A stretch of 64,000 nt of DNA from a virus. The position numbers and the translations under genes were made by a program. Shown piece by piece: positions 41,760-50,438 of the stretch; positions within the stretch are counted from its first letter, which is position 1, and each line of letters begins with the position of its first letter. The stretch covers positions 21,773 to 85,772 of the IMG/VR virus record IMGVR_UViG_3300010883_000011. One strand, given 5' to 3'. The notes beneath the pieces are model-generated. The model was not told the origin of the DNA. It ran no database searches and was given only the letters and a program-made list of their open reading frames with translations.

Positions 41760-42698
41760 GTGGGGCTATACGCGCCAGCCAGGGATCGTGAGTTTGGTGT
41801 CTTGATGTCATTTCACTATTTCCAAAAGGACGATATCTCGCGCATGGTAAATGGTTGGCCGTGGCGACCTAAGATCTTCACGGACTCGGGCGGCTTCTCT
41901 GCCCATACGCAGGGGTGCGACGTAGACCTGCACGACTACGCCCGCTGGATACGCAAACACCAAGGCGTCATAGACCATTATGCGAATCTGGATGTGGTGT
42001 ATGACTGGAGAAAGACTCTCCAGAACCAGCTTCGAATGGAACGGCTTGGCTTGAGGCCGATGCCCGTGCTTCACTTCCGGTCGCCTGTAGAGGAGATCGA
42101 GAGGTACAAGAGGCGTGGCTATGACTCCATGTGCTTGGGGGGGCTTGTTCCCTACAACCTCTACATTAGCCGGGCCTTGGCCTCGCTTGCTGGCTCAAGA
42201 GATCCGGCAAGTCTTCCCAGGGCGGAGGGCAAGGAAGTCATAGACTGGTTGGACCGCTGCCACGAAGTCGCCAACGAAGTCGGGATGGGGCTGCATGGAT
42301 TCGGTATCACTATATGGAGATCGCTTCTTCGTTGGCACTGGCAAAGTGTAGACAGTAGCTCTTGGAACTCCGCGTCTAAGTACGGCAGTCTCCGAATCTT
42401 TGATGGGGAGAGGGGGTCGTGGACAAAGACTGTCAAGAGACTTGAGCTAAAAGGGATGATGAAAATCGCTCCCCTTTTGCGTAAATACAATCTGTCCGTT
42501 TCTCAACTGGCTAATGATCTGGAGTTCACGCCAACAACAATGGTGAGGGCTACAGCAAAGTCGTGGTTGGTCGCGCAGCGGACGTTACAAACTCGACGGG
42601 AAAAGGCTACAACGATTTATCTCGCCGGGTCCAACGAAACTGAACTGACCAACATAGTCAACGGTCTATGCTACATGGGACACAAAAATGGAAATTGA
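41760..42698 (+). CDS. dpdA: TGT-fold DNA-guanine transglycosylase-like protein (DpdA-like) 1
   Basis: DSGGFS, NLDVV, MPVLH, CLGGLVP, HGFG, SVDSSSW; inside the preQ0 cluster. Confidence 0.75.
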   Translation: MGLYAPARDREFGVLMSFHYFQKDDISRMVNGWPWRPKIFTDSGGFSAHTQGCDVDLHDYARWIRKHQGVIDHYANLDVVYDWRKTLQNQLRMERLGLRPMPVLHFRSPVEEIERYKRRGYDSMCLGGLVPYNLYISRALASLAGSRDPASLPRAEGKEVIDWLDRCHEVANEVGMGLHGFGITIWRSLLRWHWQSVDSSSWNSASKYGSLRIFDGERGSWTKTVKRLELKGMMKIAPLLRKYNLSVSQLANDLEFTPTTMVRATAKSWLVAQRTLQTRREKATTIYLAGSNETELTNIVNGLCYMGHKNGN

Positions 42699-43452
42699 AA
42701 ATCAAAAAATCGCCAACCTGTCTGGCTTCGAAGACAACCCCCGCACCATCACGGCGTCTGGTGTTCGAAAGTTGAAAGCAAGCATCACCCGGTTCGGGCT
42801 TTTCAAGCCGCTCCTTGTATGGGAAAACGATGCTGGCAGGCTGGTGGTGATCGGTGGAAACCAGCGACTTCGTGTCATGAGAGAAATGGTTTCTGATCAA
42901 CAGCTTCCAGACGACGTTATCCCCTGTGTTCGGTTTGACGGTTCGGAGGCCGAGGCCCGCACGGTTGCCTTGCGTGACAACAACGCAGACGGGGATTGGG
43001 CCTGGGAAGACCTTGGAAAGTATATCGCTGACCTGGACAAACTATCTGCCGACGCCGATCTCAACATCGGGCTCACCGGGTTTGATGACACCGTTATTCA
43101 AGATCTGCGTGATCTTGCCGGCGCGGTTGATTCCGATCTCACTCGATTCTCTACTGCTGAAAACGAAGAAGACGAAGACGATCTCTTTGATGATGGCGAC
43201 GACGCGGAAGAGGCAGACGCCGAAGACCCAAACACGAGACGGCAGATCGCTCGTTTCACCGTGGGCAGTATCCGGGGGGTGATCGGGGTTGAGCACTACC
43301 GGCGCTTCTTGCGTTGTTGGCAACAACACTCCGACATCACGAAGTCCACCGACATTCAAACCATCCTCGATAGCATTCTCACCGCTCTTGATGTCGAAGA
43401 GGGGGGAGAGGCTCCCGCAGACGAGTTGGCATCCAATGGGGCTACTGAATGA
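42688..43452 (+). CDS. ParB/Srx N-terminal domain protein
   Basis: NPRTI....L..SI..FG...P, IGGNQR, DN...GDW, TGF. Confidence 0.85.
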   Translation: MEIENQKIANLSGFEDNPRTITASGVRKLKASITRFGLFKPLLVWENDAGRLVVIGGNQRLRVMREMVSDQQLPDDVIPCVRFDGSEAEARTVALRDNNADGDWAWEDLGKYIADLDKLSADADLNIGLTGFDDTVIQDLRDLAGAVDSDLTRFSTAENEEDEDDLFDDGDDAEEADAEDPNTRRQIARFTVGSIRGVIGVEHYRRFLRCWQQHSDITKSTDIQTILDSILTALDVEEGGEAPADELASNGATE

Positions 43453-43865
43453 GACGATGCACCCGCAAGCTGGAGTTTGACGCCGCGCATCGTGTCATGC
43501 GACACGAGAGCAAGTGCAAACACCTTCACGGGCACCGCTACGTTGTAGAGTTGACAGTCTCGGCTCCTGGTCTGGATGACCTTGGCAGGGTGATTGACTT
43601 CGGTTGCATCAAGGAAGTTGTGGGTGCGTGGATAGATGAGCATTGGGACCACGGCACGCTCCTCAACTATGAGGACAGAGATCTTGTTGATCTGTGCAAG
43701 AAGAATGAGTGGCGATGGCACGGCTTCGACGGGAACCCCACAGCGGAGAACATCTCAGCGGTGTTGTTCTACAAGGCAGCCGAGCTTCTCCATAGGTTTG
43801 AGGTCGAGGTCCAGCATGTGCGTGTCTATGAAACTCCAAACTGCTGGTCAGACTTCGATGGGTAA
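43449..43865 (+). CDS. queD: 6-carboxytetrahydropterin synthase
   Basis: FDAAHR, C..LHGHRY, DFG, DH..LN, NPTAEN, VYETP. Confidence 0.95.
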   Translation: MRRCTRKLEFDAAHRVMRHESKCKHLHGHRYVVELTVSAPGLDDLGRVIDFGCIKEVVGAWIDEHWDHGTLLNYEDRDLVDLCKKNEWRWHGFDGNPTAENISAVLFYKAAELLHRFEVEVQHVRVYETPNCWSDFDG

Positions 43866-44067
43866 AGCAGCACAGAATCGACCTAAGAACCGCGAAGTAG
43901 GAGTGGGAGACTTGTTAGCCTGGGAGCAGGGTAAGATGACCGACCAGGAAGAGGTGGCGCTGTTTCAGCGTCTGGTAGAATCGGGGTGGGCTTGGAAGCT
44001 GAAAGGAAAATACGCTCGCAGAGCGTCGGAGTTGATAGCTGATGGAACCGTCAAAAAACCCGATTGA
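43858..44067 (+). CDS. Small conserved phage helical protein
   Basis: E.G.M...E...LFQ.LV.SG.AW.L.G.Y.R.A..LI..G pattern. Confidence 0.55.
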   Translation: MGKAAQNRPKNREVGVGDLLAWEQGKMTDQEEVALFQRLVESGWAWKLKGKYARRASELIADGTVKKPD

Positions 44068-44419
44068 GTACCTATTCGTATCGTTGACAGCAGGTGGAGA
44101 GGGGCTAATCCTCGCTGCCTCTGGTGTTCTGTCTTCGTGCTTCGAAAGCGATAGCGGAGTGTCTGCCTCGTTGTCGTTGGAGGAATGGTCGGACCTCAAG
44201 CACACCATCCCATCAGACCCCACCGATAGAATGGGGCTGTGGGTAGTAGAGGTAGATGTAGAGGAGGGGGCGTGGATCGGAAAGCGTTTTGACTTCACTG
44301 TCAAACAGTGGCGTGCCCCTGTCGTTCACGAAATGGTAGCGGTCCTGAATGGTGAACACCCATGGCCGTTTGGAAACATTCCAATCATGAACTGGTCGCC
44401 GCAACCATTTGAGGCGTAA
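44042..44419 (+). CDS. Hypothetical protein
   Basis: Operonic ORF. Confidence 0.5.
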   Translation: MEPSKNPIEYLFVSLTAGGEGLILAASGVLSSCFESDSGVSASLSLEEWSDLKHTIPSDPTDRMGLWVVEVDVEEGAWIGKRFDFTVKQWRAPVVHEMVAVLNGEHPWPFGNIPIMNWSPQPFEA

Positions 44420-44445
44420 TGTACTGAACGCCTTGGAGGTGATTC

Positions 44446-45288
44446 GTGAAGACAATAAGAAGCGGAAGTAGGGGATCTACCGTCAAGCTGCTGCAAGAGC
44501 GGCTGAACACAAATGGATTCGATGCTGGCACACCAGACGGGATCTTTGGAAAGAACACCAAAGAAGCCGTCATTCAATACCAGCAAGCGCACAATCTGGA
44601 CGCAGACGGAATCGCTGGAGCGAGGACGTGGGCAAGCCTTATGGCGGGGGAGGAGGCACAGTCGCCTTCCGATGCCCTGGAGGAGGAACGCAAAGACCTG
44701 GAGGAGATGGCATCGGTGGACGCCGATTTTCTCGGGAGGACTGCGGTGTTCCAAGCTATTCAGTGGCTCGGCGCGAAAGAGATTCCAAATGGGTCAAACG
44801 CTGGACCCGAGATAGCTGGGCTGGTGGGTGGCTACAACGCATATTGGGGACTTGCAGATGGTGTGAACCGTCCGTGGTGTGCGATGGCGGTTTCTTCGTG
44901 GGTCGGAATGGCACTACATCTGGGTACGTCATCTGCTGAAATGAAGTGGGCAGATCATCCGTTCGAAGCCTTCTATGGAGGTGTGAGTCAGGTGATGAAG
45001 TGGGGAGAGAAAAACGGTGTTTATACCCGTTCCTCGGTGGATTCAGGCTTACGCGCTGTGAAGTGCGGTGAGGTGTTCATCATGGCGCGGGGGGAGTCTG
45101 GGTCCGATGCGTCCACCTCGCCAAAGGCGGGTCACACTGGTCTTGTTATCGCTGACAATGGCGACGGCACAGTCACGACGATAGAGGGGAACACCAGTAA
45201 TAAAGTAAAGTCGCTCAAGCGGTCAAAGCAGAACCTTATGGGCTTTGTGGATTGGACTGCTACTCTTAAGGAGAAGAACAATGCTTGA
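44446..45288 (+). CDS. Endolysin: peptidoglycan-binding domain plus CHAP amidase
   Basis: GSRG..V..LQ..L...GF....DGIFG..T..AV..YQ....L.ADGI.G; PWCA, GHTG, TIEGNT. Confidence 0.92.
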   Translation: MKTIRSGSRGSTVKLLQERLNTNGFDAGTPDGIFGKNTKEAVIQYQQAHNLDADGIAGARTWASLMAGEEAQSPSDALEEERKDLEEMASVDADFLGRTAVFQAIQWLGAKEIPNGSNAGPEIAGLVGGYNAYWGLADGVNRPWCAMAVSSWVGMALHLGTSSAEMKWADHPFEAFYGGVSQVMKWGEKNGVYTRSSVDSGLRAVKCGEVFIMARGESGSDASTSPKAGHTGLVIADNGDGTVTTIEGNTSNKVKSLKRSKQNLMGFVDWTATLKEKNNA

Positions 45289-45502
45289 TAAACTTAAGTC
45301 CCGTAAATTCTGGTTTGCCTTCCTTGGCGCACTGCTTCCAATCATCGCACAGTATATGTCCGAAGATATCAACATGGATGCGGCGCTCCAACTGTCGGTT
45401 GCCGTTGTCGTGGCCTACATCTTTGGTCAGGGCTACGTCGATGGCAAGACCTCGGAGGGGGACCACTTTATCGCAGCCTCAGAGGATGACGGTGATGCGT
45501 AG
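45281..45502 (+). CDS. Holin
   Basis: KLKSRKFW, two TM helices, YI.GQG..D; directly after the endolysin. Confidence 0.75.
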   Translation: MLDKLKSRKFWFAFLGALLPIIAQYMSEDINMDAALQLSVAVVVAYIFGQGYVDGKTSEGDHFIAASEDDGDA

Positions 45503-45743
45503 TCCAACAATCGTTTCATTTTGCGCTATCGTTGCAGTCGCTATCGGGCTGACGGCGACTGCTTGTGGTGGAGAGTCGGAAGACCCCGTACCTACTTCTG
45601 ATGAGGCTACCGAGAAAGCTGATGCGAAAGAAGAGCCAGAAGCCGACGACGGCAAGTCCGAGGAAGAAGGCGGGGACGAATCCGCAAAAGAAAGCGGCAA
45701 AGACGACGCAAAAGCAGCGACGAAGCCAACAGCGGACGAGTGA
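45495..45743 (+). CDS. Small lipoprotein with acidic disordered tail
   Basis: Signal peptide ending in lipobox-like ATA-C-GG. Confidence 0.6.
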   Translation: MRSPTIVSFCAIVAVAIGLTATACGGESEDPVPTSDEATEKADAKEEPEADDGKSEEEGGDESAKESGKDDAKAATKPTADE

Positions 45744-45897
45744 CGCTGAAGCTACAGCCGGTAGTTGCATGGGGGGCCGCGTCCTCGACACGCGGTCCCC
45801 CACTTCCGTTTTGACGGCAGAAGAAATACGATACCGCAATCCGCCTGTCTGTTGATTGATTTGTGGTCGTGGCTGCTATAACAATTCGGAGGTAGAC

Positions 45898-46560
45898 GTG
45901 GCTTCAAAGTTCCTGGTCACCGGGACCGGGAGGTCCGGTACATCGCTGGTGATGCAGTTACTGACCGCTTGCGGTGCGGATACGGGGTACGCGGGTCCGT
46001 TCAAGACTTGGTACATGCCGAACATGGGAGGCATGGATCGGGATCTGCATACAAAGATGACGCCCGAAGAAGTCGCAGAGCTTCCGTCTGTCGTCAAAGA
46101 CCCACGCGCTTGTAGACGTTTACCGCACCTATTGGCGAACGGGATCTATAAACCAGACCACGTCATTGTCTGCGTCAGAGACATCCGTGAAGCCACCTTG
46201 TCCTTCATGAGCGCCAACAACATCTGGTACCCGGATGACCCGGATGACCCGGACAGCTTTCGTATGGGGAGCGTGGAGGGTGTGGGGCTGCAAAATCCTT
46301 ATACGCACATATCCGACTGGCTGCGTCAGGTTCTTGGGTCTTTGTTGGAAACGCTTGTGGTACATGACATCCCGTTCACAACCGTTGCCTTCCCTCGTTT
46401 CGTTTCCGAACCCGACTACCTGGAGAGGAGACTGTATGAGAGCGGTGTCTTCGATGCCGATGATGGCCTGTCCTACTTCTGCCCTGTCCAGACATTCCGT
46501 AAGACCTTCTCCGTCTACGCGAACACCGACAACGTAAATCTGTGGACAGATGAAAAATGA
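45898..46560 (+). CDS. Sulfotransferase-family (P-loop) protein
   Basis: LVTGTGRSGTSL (5'-PSB-like loop), VKDPR, VRD......S (3'-PB-like). Confidence 0.7.
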   Translation: MASKFLVTGTGRSGTSLVMQLLTACGADTGYAGPFKTWYMPNMGGMDRDLHTKMTPEEVAELPSVVKDPRACRRLPHLLANGIYKPDHVIVCVRDIREATLSFMSANNIWYPDDPDDPDSFRMGSVEGVGLQNPYTHISDWLRQVLGSLLETLVVHDIPFTTVAFPRFVSEPDYLERRLYESGVFDADDGLSYFCPVQTFRKTFSVYANTDNVNLWTDEK

Positions 46561-48110
46561 GTAAGCGTTGGATGCTAAGACACGGCGACTGTGTAGCGGT
46601 GATGAAGCGACTGCCAGCAAATACAGTTGACGCCATCGTCTGTGACCCCCCCTATGGCCTCGCCTTCATGGGAAAGGAATTTGATTCTCTCGGGGACAGC
46701 AAGGCACAGCAGGCTTGGCACCTACGCTGGGCACGGGAGGCATTCCGAGTATTGAAACCAGGAGGAATGCTTCTGGCCTACGGTGGCACGCGCACCTACC
46801 ACCGCCTTGCCTGCGCCATTGAGGACGCTGGCTTTGAGATCCGGGACAGCATCTCCGTGCATGGATGGTCGTTTAGCCATCTGGACTGGACCTATGGTGA
46901 GGGGTTTCCCAAATCATTATCTGTTAGCAAGTCCATTGATAAACGTCTTGGGAAGAAGCGTCGTGTTGTCGGGAGCAAGCGTCTCGCTGGCAATGCGGCC
47001 ATGCCCATCTCCGATAAGGGCGGCACCTATGGGGTTGGAGTAGGCACGGCTCCAGCCAAGGACGTTCCAATCACGGTAGCCGGCTCCAAGGAAGCTGCTG
47101 CCTGGGAGGGGTGGGGCTCGCAGTTGAAACCAAGTCATGAGCCGATTTGTATGGCTCGCAAGCCGCTTGAGGGAAGCGTGGTTGACACCGTACTCAAGCA
47201 CGGCACCGGCGCGATCAACATCGATGCCTGCCGGGTACCGCACACTGGCGATGTGGACATGGACGCCGTCCAACGCCAGCAGACAGATGCCGCCATCGAC
47301 TTTGGTGGAGCAAGCGCGGGGGATGTTCTCCCTATGTATAAGCCTGGGGGTAGGTGGCCTGCGAACACGCTCATGATTCATCATCCGAATTGTACCGTGG
47401 TCGGGCTACAGCATTTCAGAACAGGCGCACCACAAGAAACCTTCGGCCCTGGCAACGCCAACGAGGTCTTTGGAGAGTTTGCAGAGGGGTTCAATCAGGC
47501 GTCACGGTACGGCGACGACAATGGCCTTGAGGCGTCCCCTGTGTGGGACTGCGTGGATGGATGCCCAATTCGGTCCATGGACGAGCAGACTGGCGTTTTG
47601 AACGGTCGTGGCAACACTAAGCCGAGCAGTGGCGGCGGCGGGATGTATGGTCACGGCAAGATCGATGTTGATTGGGGCGCGAGTGAATCGGGTGGAGCTT
47701 CCAGGTTCTTCAATCAGTTTCAGTATGAACCCGGTGAGGTTCCGTTTCTTTACCATTCGAAAGCCAGCAGAAAGGAGAGGGAGGATGGCTGCAAGGGCGT
47801 GAATCCATTGTCCGGGTCCGGGGTTGGTGGTTCAGAAGCCAGTGGCAAGGTTCACAACAACCATCCAACCGTGAAGCCGATTGGCCTGATGAAGTGGTGC
47901 GTGGACCTTTGCGTAGGGGGGAGGAGGGGAGCGTTCATCGTTGATCCGTTTGCCGGGAGCGGGACAACCGGAATCGCAGCCCTACGATCCGGGGTCCGGG
48001 TTCTCCTGATAGAAAAGGATGCCCATTATTGCGACATCATCCGACGCCGAATGGAACACGAAGAAGATCAGCAGCTACAAAAGAAAAAGAAAAGAGGACT
48101 TGACTCGTAA
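46557..48110 (+). CDS. DNA methyltransferase, beta class (N4-C/N6-A)
   Basis: DPPY near the N-terminus, HPTVKP, DPFAGSGTT near the C-terminus. Confidence 0.92.
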   Translation: MSKRWMLRHGDCVAVMKRLPANTVDAIVCDPPYGLAFMGKEFDSLGDSKAQQAWHLRWAREAFRVLKPGGMLLAYGGTRTYHRLACAIEDAGFEIRDSISVHGWSFSHLDWTYGEGFPKSLSVSKSIDKRLGKKRRVVGSKRLAGNAAMPISDKGGTYGVGVGTAPAKDVPITVAGSKEAAAWEGWGSQLKPSHEPICMARKPLEGSVVDTVLKHGTGAINIDACRVPHTGDVDMDAVQRQQTDAAIDFGGASAGDVLPMYKPGGRWPANTLMIHHPNCTVVGLQHFRTGAPQETFGPGNANEVFGEFAEGFNQASRYGDDNGLEASPVWDCVDGCPIRSMDEQTGVLNGRGNTKPSSGGGGMYGHGKIDVDWGASESGGASRFFNQFQYEPGEVPFLYHSKASRKEREDGCKGVNPLSGSGVGGSEASGKVHNNHPTVKPIGLMKWCVDLCVGGRRGAFIVDPFAGSGTTGIAALRSGVRVLLIEKDAHYCDIIRRRMEHEEDQQLQKKKKRGLDS

Positions 48111-48128
48111 CCCTCCATAGGTTACTAT
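48067..48128 (+). promoter_or_regulatory. Cassette promoter P1
   Basis: ATCAGCAGCTAC, A-tract, TTGACT-17-TACTAT with TAAC-N9-GTTA at 48108-48124. Confidence 0.8.
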
Positions 48129-48169
48129 GTATATAGAAAACAGACCTCCACACCAACAGGGGAAATGCA

Positions 48170-48586
48170 ATGTCGCAAACAAGGAAACGATTGACACCGC
48201 GAGAGATTGTGGCGATTTCGAAGGCGCTGGATACCAAGCAAGTTTCAGCAGCCAGGGGTAAGCTCGACGAGAACCGCACTTACCAAGGCTCGGTTACTGT
48301 CACCGTCGACTACTCGCTTGCCGTGGGGGAGGGGTATACCCAGGAGAGGTTGGCGAAGGGTGTTGACCCGTGGGCCATCATCCACGTTCTACAAGAGAAG
48401 CTGAAAGAGGTTCAGCCGAACCACAGCACCCGCCGAACCATCAACAACGCACAACGGGTAGCTGCTAAAGCCCCGAAAGATGTCAAGCAGACTCGGAACG
48501 ACTTTCAGTCTGCCATGACCAGGGAAAACCTGACCGTCAACGTCAGCGCCCCGGCAAGCTGTAGCGCGGAGTTGACCAAGGTATGA
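48170..48586 (+). CDS. Hypothetical early-type protein
   Basis: Follows P1 with CCAACAGGGG leader. Confidence 0.65.
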   Translation: MSQTRKRLTPREIVAISKALDTKQVSAARGKLDENRTYQGSVTVTVDYSLAVGEGYTQERLAKGVDPWAIIHVLQEKLKEVQPNHSTRRTINNAQRVAAKAPKDVKQTRNDFQSAMTRENLTVNVSAPASCSAELTKV

Positions 48587-48801
48587 AACCCGAACACGCT
48601 CATCAGATTGTCCAGTGGCTATCAGAGAATAGAATCCACGCGTATGTCTACCATGACTACAGTGGACGCGGCATGTATGGACGCACCACGGCTGGGGTGG
48701 TGACCCACAACGTCACCGACGTTTTCGAAGCGAAGGGAGCGTTGAAGATTCACGACGACTTCGCACGCGACAGCATGGGGCTTGACGCCATTGTCTACTG
48801 A
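48583..48801 (+). CDS. Small phage protein with YSGRGMYG motif
   Basis: YSGRGMYG...D.MG...IVY; ATGA coupling. Confidence 0.65.
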   Translation: MKPEHAHQIVQWLSENRIHAYVYHDYSGRGMYGRTTAGVVTHNVTDVFEAKGALKIHDDFARDSMGLDAIVY

Positions 48802-48823
48802 ACAAAACACCGGCGGGTTGTCT

Positions 48824-49018
48824 ATGAAGCACAACCGCGTCTTCGTGAAGCTCGCGCTCAATCGGTGGGCCTTGCCGAACGGCATCAGCGAAGCCGCCGT
48901 CAAGGAATACATGGACGAGTTTGAGCACCAGGACGGCTATGAATGCTGGATAGGGTACTTCGACGATATGAACGGTATCATCGAAGACTTCAAGCTCTAC
49001 ATTGAGCATTCCGACTAA
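48824..49018 (+). CDS. Small acidic hypothetical protein
   Basis: Operonic ORF. Confidence 0.5.
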   Translation: MKHNRVFVKLALNRWALPNGISEAAVKEYMDEFEHQDGYECWIGYFDDMNGIIEDFKLYIEHSD

Positions 49019-49116
49019 GGGGGGAGAGGGGGGTGCAAGATATGGTGCGCCTGCCTACTCGACATGGCACCTGATTCCGCTATTATCAAGGTGACGTGTC
49101 TGCGCGGGAGAGCATT

Positions 49117-49422
49117 ATGTCGTTCGAATTTACGGCTGCCCACCTCGGCAAACTTGCCTCTTGGGGTCTTCCTATGGTCTTTGTCGCGGGTGGTCTTTAC
49201 ATCACTCTTGAGGCACTCGCCCATGACGTTGACAAGATCTCGGCACGCCAGGAAACGCATTTAGATCTGGAGGGGCACCCGGTATCACAGGTGCGAATCG
49301 AAGACTTGTCGACTCAACAGACAGACCTGATGCTTGAACAACGAGGAATGCGGGAAGATCTCGCAGAGCAGGCGGTGAACATTGCTGCCATTTGTCAAGC
49401 AACGGGAGCAAGCTGCCGTTGA
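49117..49422 (+). CDS. N-terminal TM plus coiled-coil protein
   Basis: WGLPMVFVAGGLYI then heptads. Confidence 0.55.
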   Translation: MSFEFTAAHLGKLASWGLPMVFVAGGLYITLEALAHDVDKISARQETHLDLEGHPVSQVRIEDLSTQQTDLMLEQRGMREDLAEQAVNIAAICQATGASCR

Positions 49423-49442
49423 GCAGGGAGGGGGGGGGATCT

Positions 49443-49796
49443 ATGGGCGATGGGTACATAGATCAACTGTTAGACTTGGGTGCGCTCGGGCTCTTTGCTA
49501 CGTTTCTGATTTGGCAGTTTATCAAGATGCAAGACCGTCTTGATAAGTTAGTCCAAGACTTCCAAGAGCAGATCCGTGAGATCGACTCGACGTATGAACG
49601 CCGCGTAGAGACTATGCGTGAGCGATACGACATTGTCATTCAGAAGTACGACGGTGAGAGGCGGCTGCTGTCTGAACGTCTTGGGCATTCGGTAGAAGAT
49701 AGCCATGATAAATTGGATCGAGCGTTAGCTAAACTGGACGAAGGCTTACGCGAGATGCGTGCCCACTATAGACGGGGGGAGGGGGTAGACAAATGA
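49443..49796 (+). CDS. N-terminal TM plus coiled-coil protein (BhlA/holin-like topology)
   Basis: LGALGLFATFLIWQF then charged helix. Confidence 0.55.
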   Translation: MGDGYIDQLLDLGALGLFATFLIWQFIKMQDRLDKLVQDFQEQIREIDSTYERRVETMRERYDIVIQKYDGERRLLSERLGHSVEDSHDKLDRALAKLDEGLREMRAHYRRGEGVDK

Positions 49797-50041
49797 AAAC
49801 GGATCCGAAGACTATATTGATCGGTGCGTTTCTGTTGGCTGCAACCGGGGCGGGGGGGTCCATGATCGGACTCACAGTGGAGCCACAGGAAACCACTGAA
49901 ATGCGTGTTAGCAACGCTATGCTTGAAACACGGAACGAGTCTCTACAAGAACAGGTTGACAGGTTGGAGGCTCGCGTAGATGTCCTGGACGGAATCGTGA
50001 AGGAATGCCAGTCAATCATCATGGCGAACCAGTCGCCGTAG
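49793..50041 (+). CDS. Membrane-anchored coiled-coil protein
   Basis: Hydrophobic N-terminus, heptad repeat. Confidence 0.55.
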   Translation: MKTDPKTILIGAFLLAATGAGGSMIGLTVEPQETTEMRVSNAMLETRNESLQEQVDRLEARVDVLDGIVKECQSIIMANQSP

Positions 50042-50049
50042 GAGAAACA

Positions 50050-50319
50050 ATGAAACGATTTACGGTTGCGTGTTTGCTTATTTGCGCGTTTGCGTATGGC
50101 CACATCGGGGGGGAGGGGGTAGCGGAGGCACAAGAGCCGTCCCTCCGAGAGCAGCTACAGGCGTGCCAGGATGAACTGCGTACCGCGAGGTCTGCGATTG
50201 AACGCATCGAGAACCCGGACGTGTTGATTCAAGCGGAGCGTATTCAGAACCTGGAACAGATGATTCAGGACGCTTATGCGACGCCGCCCGAGACACCCCC
50301 ACCCTCTTCTGACGATTAG
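50050..50319 (+). CDS. Secreted or anchored coiled-coil protein
   Basis: GGAG SD, MKRFTVACLLICAFAYG signal. Confidence 0.55.
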   Translation: MKRFTVACLLICAFAYGHIGGEGVAEAQEPSLREQLQACQDELRTARSAIERIENPDVLIQAERIQNLEQMIQDAYATPPETPPPSSDD

Positions 50320-50438
50320 AAACAGCGGCTACAAAAGGCATACCCAGGGGGGAGGGGTATGCAGATGGTCGTCCACCTCGCCGTCCGCTATAACGGTGGT
50401 GAGGGCTCCTCAATCGTTGTGCCCCCGGAGGGCTACCC

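Noticed and set aside
39612-43865. Host queuosine tRNA-modification operon
   Set aside because: No queF or queA seen, the TGT-like genes lack the bacterial TGT zinc motif, and the phage context points to DNA modification
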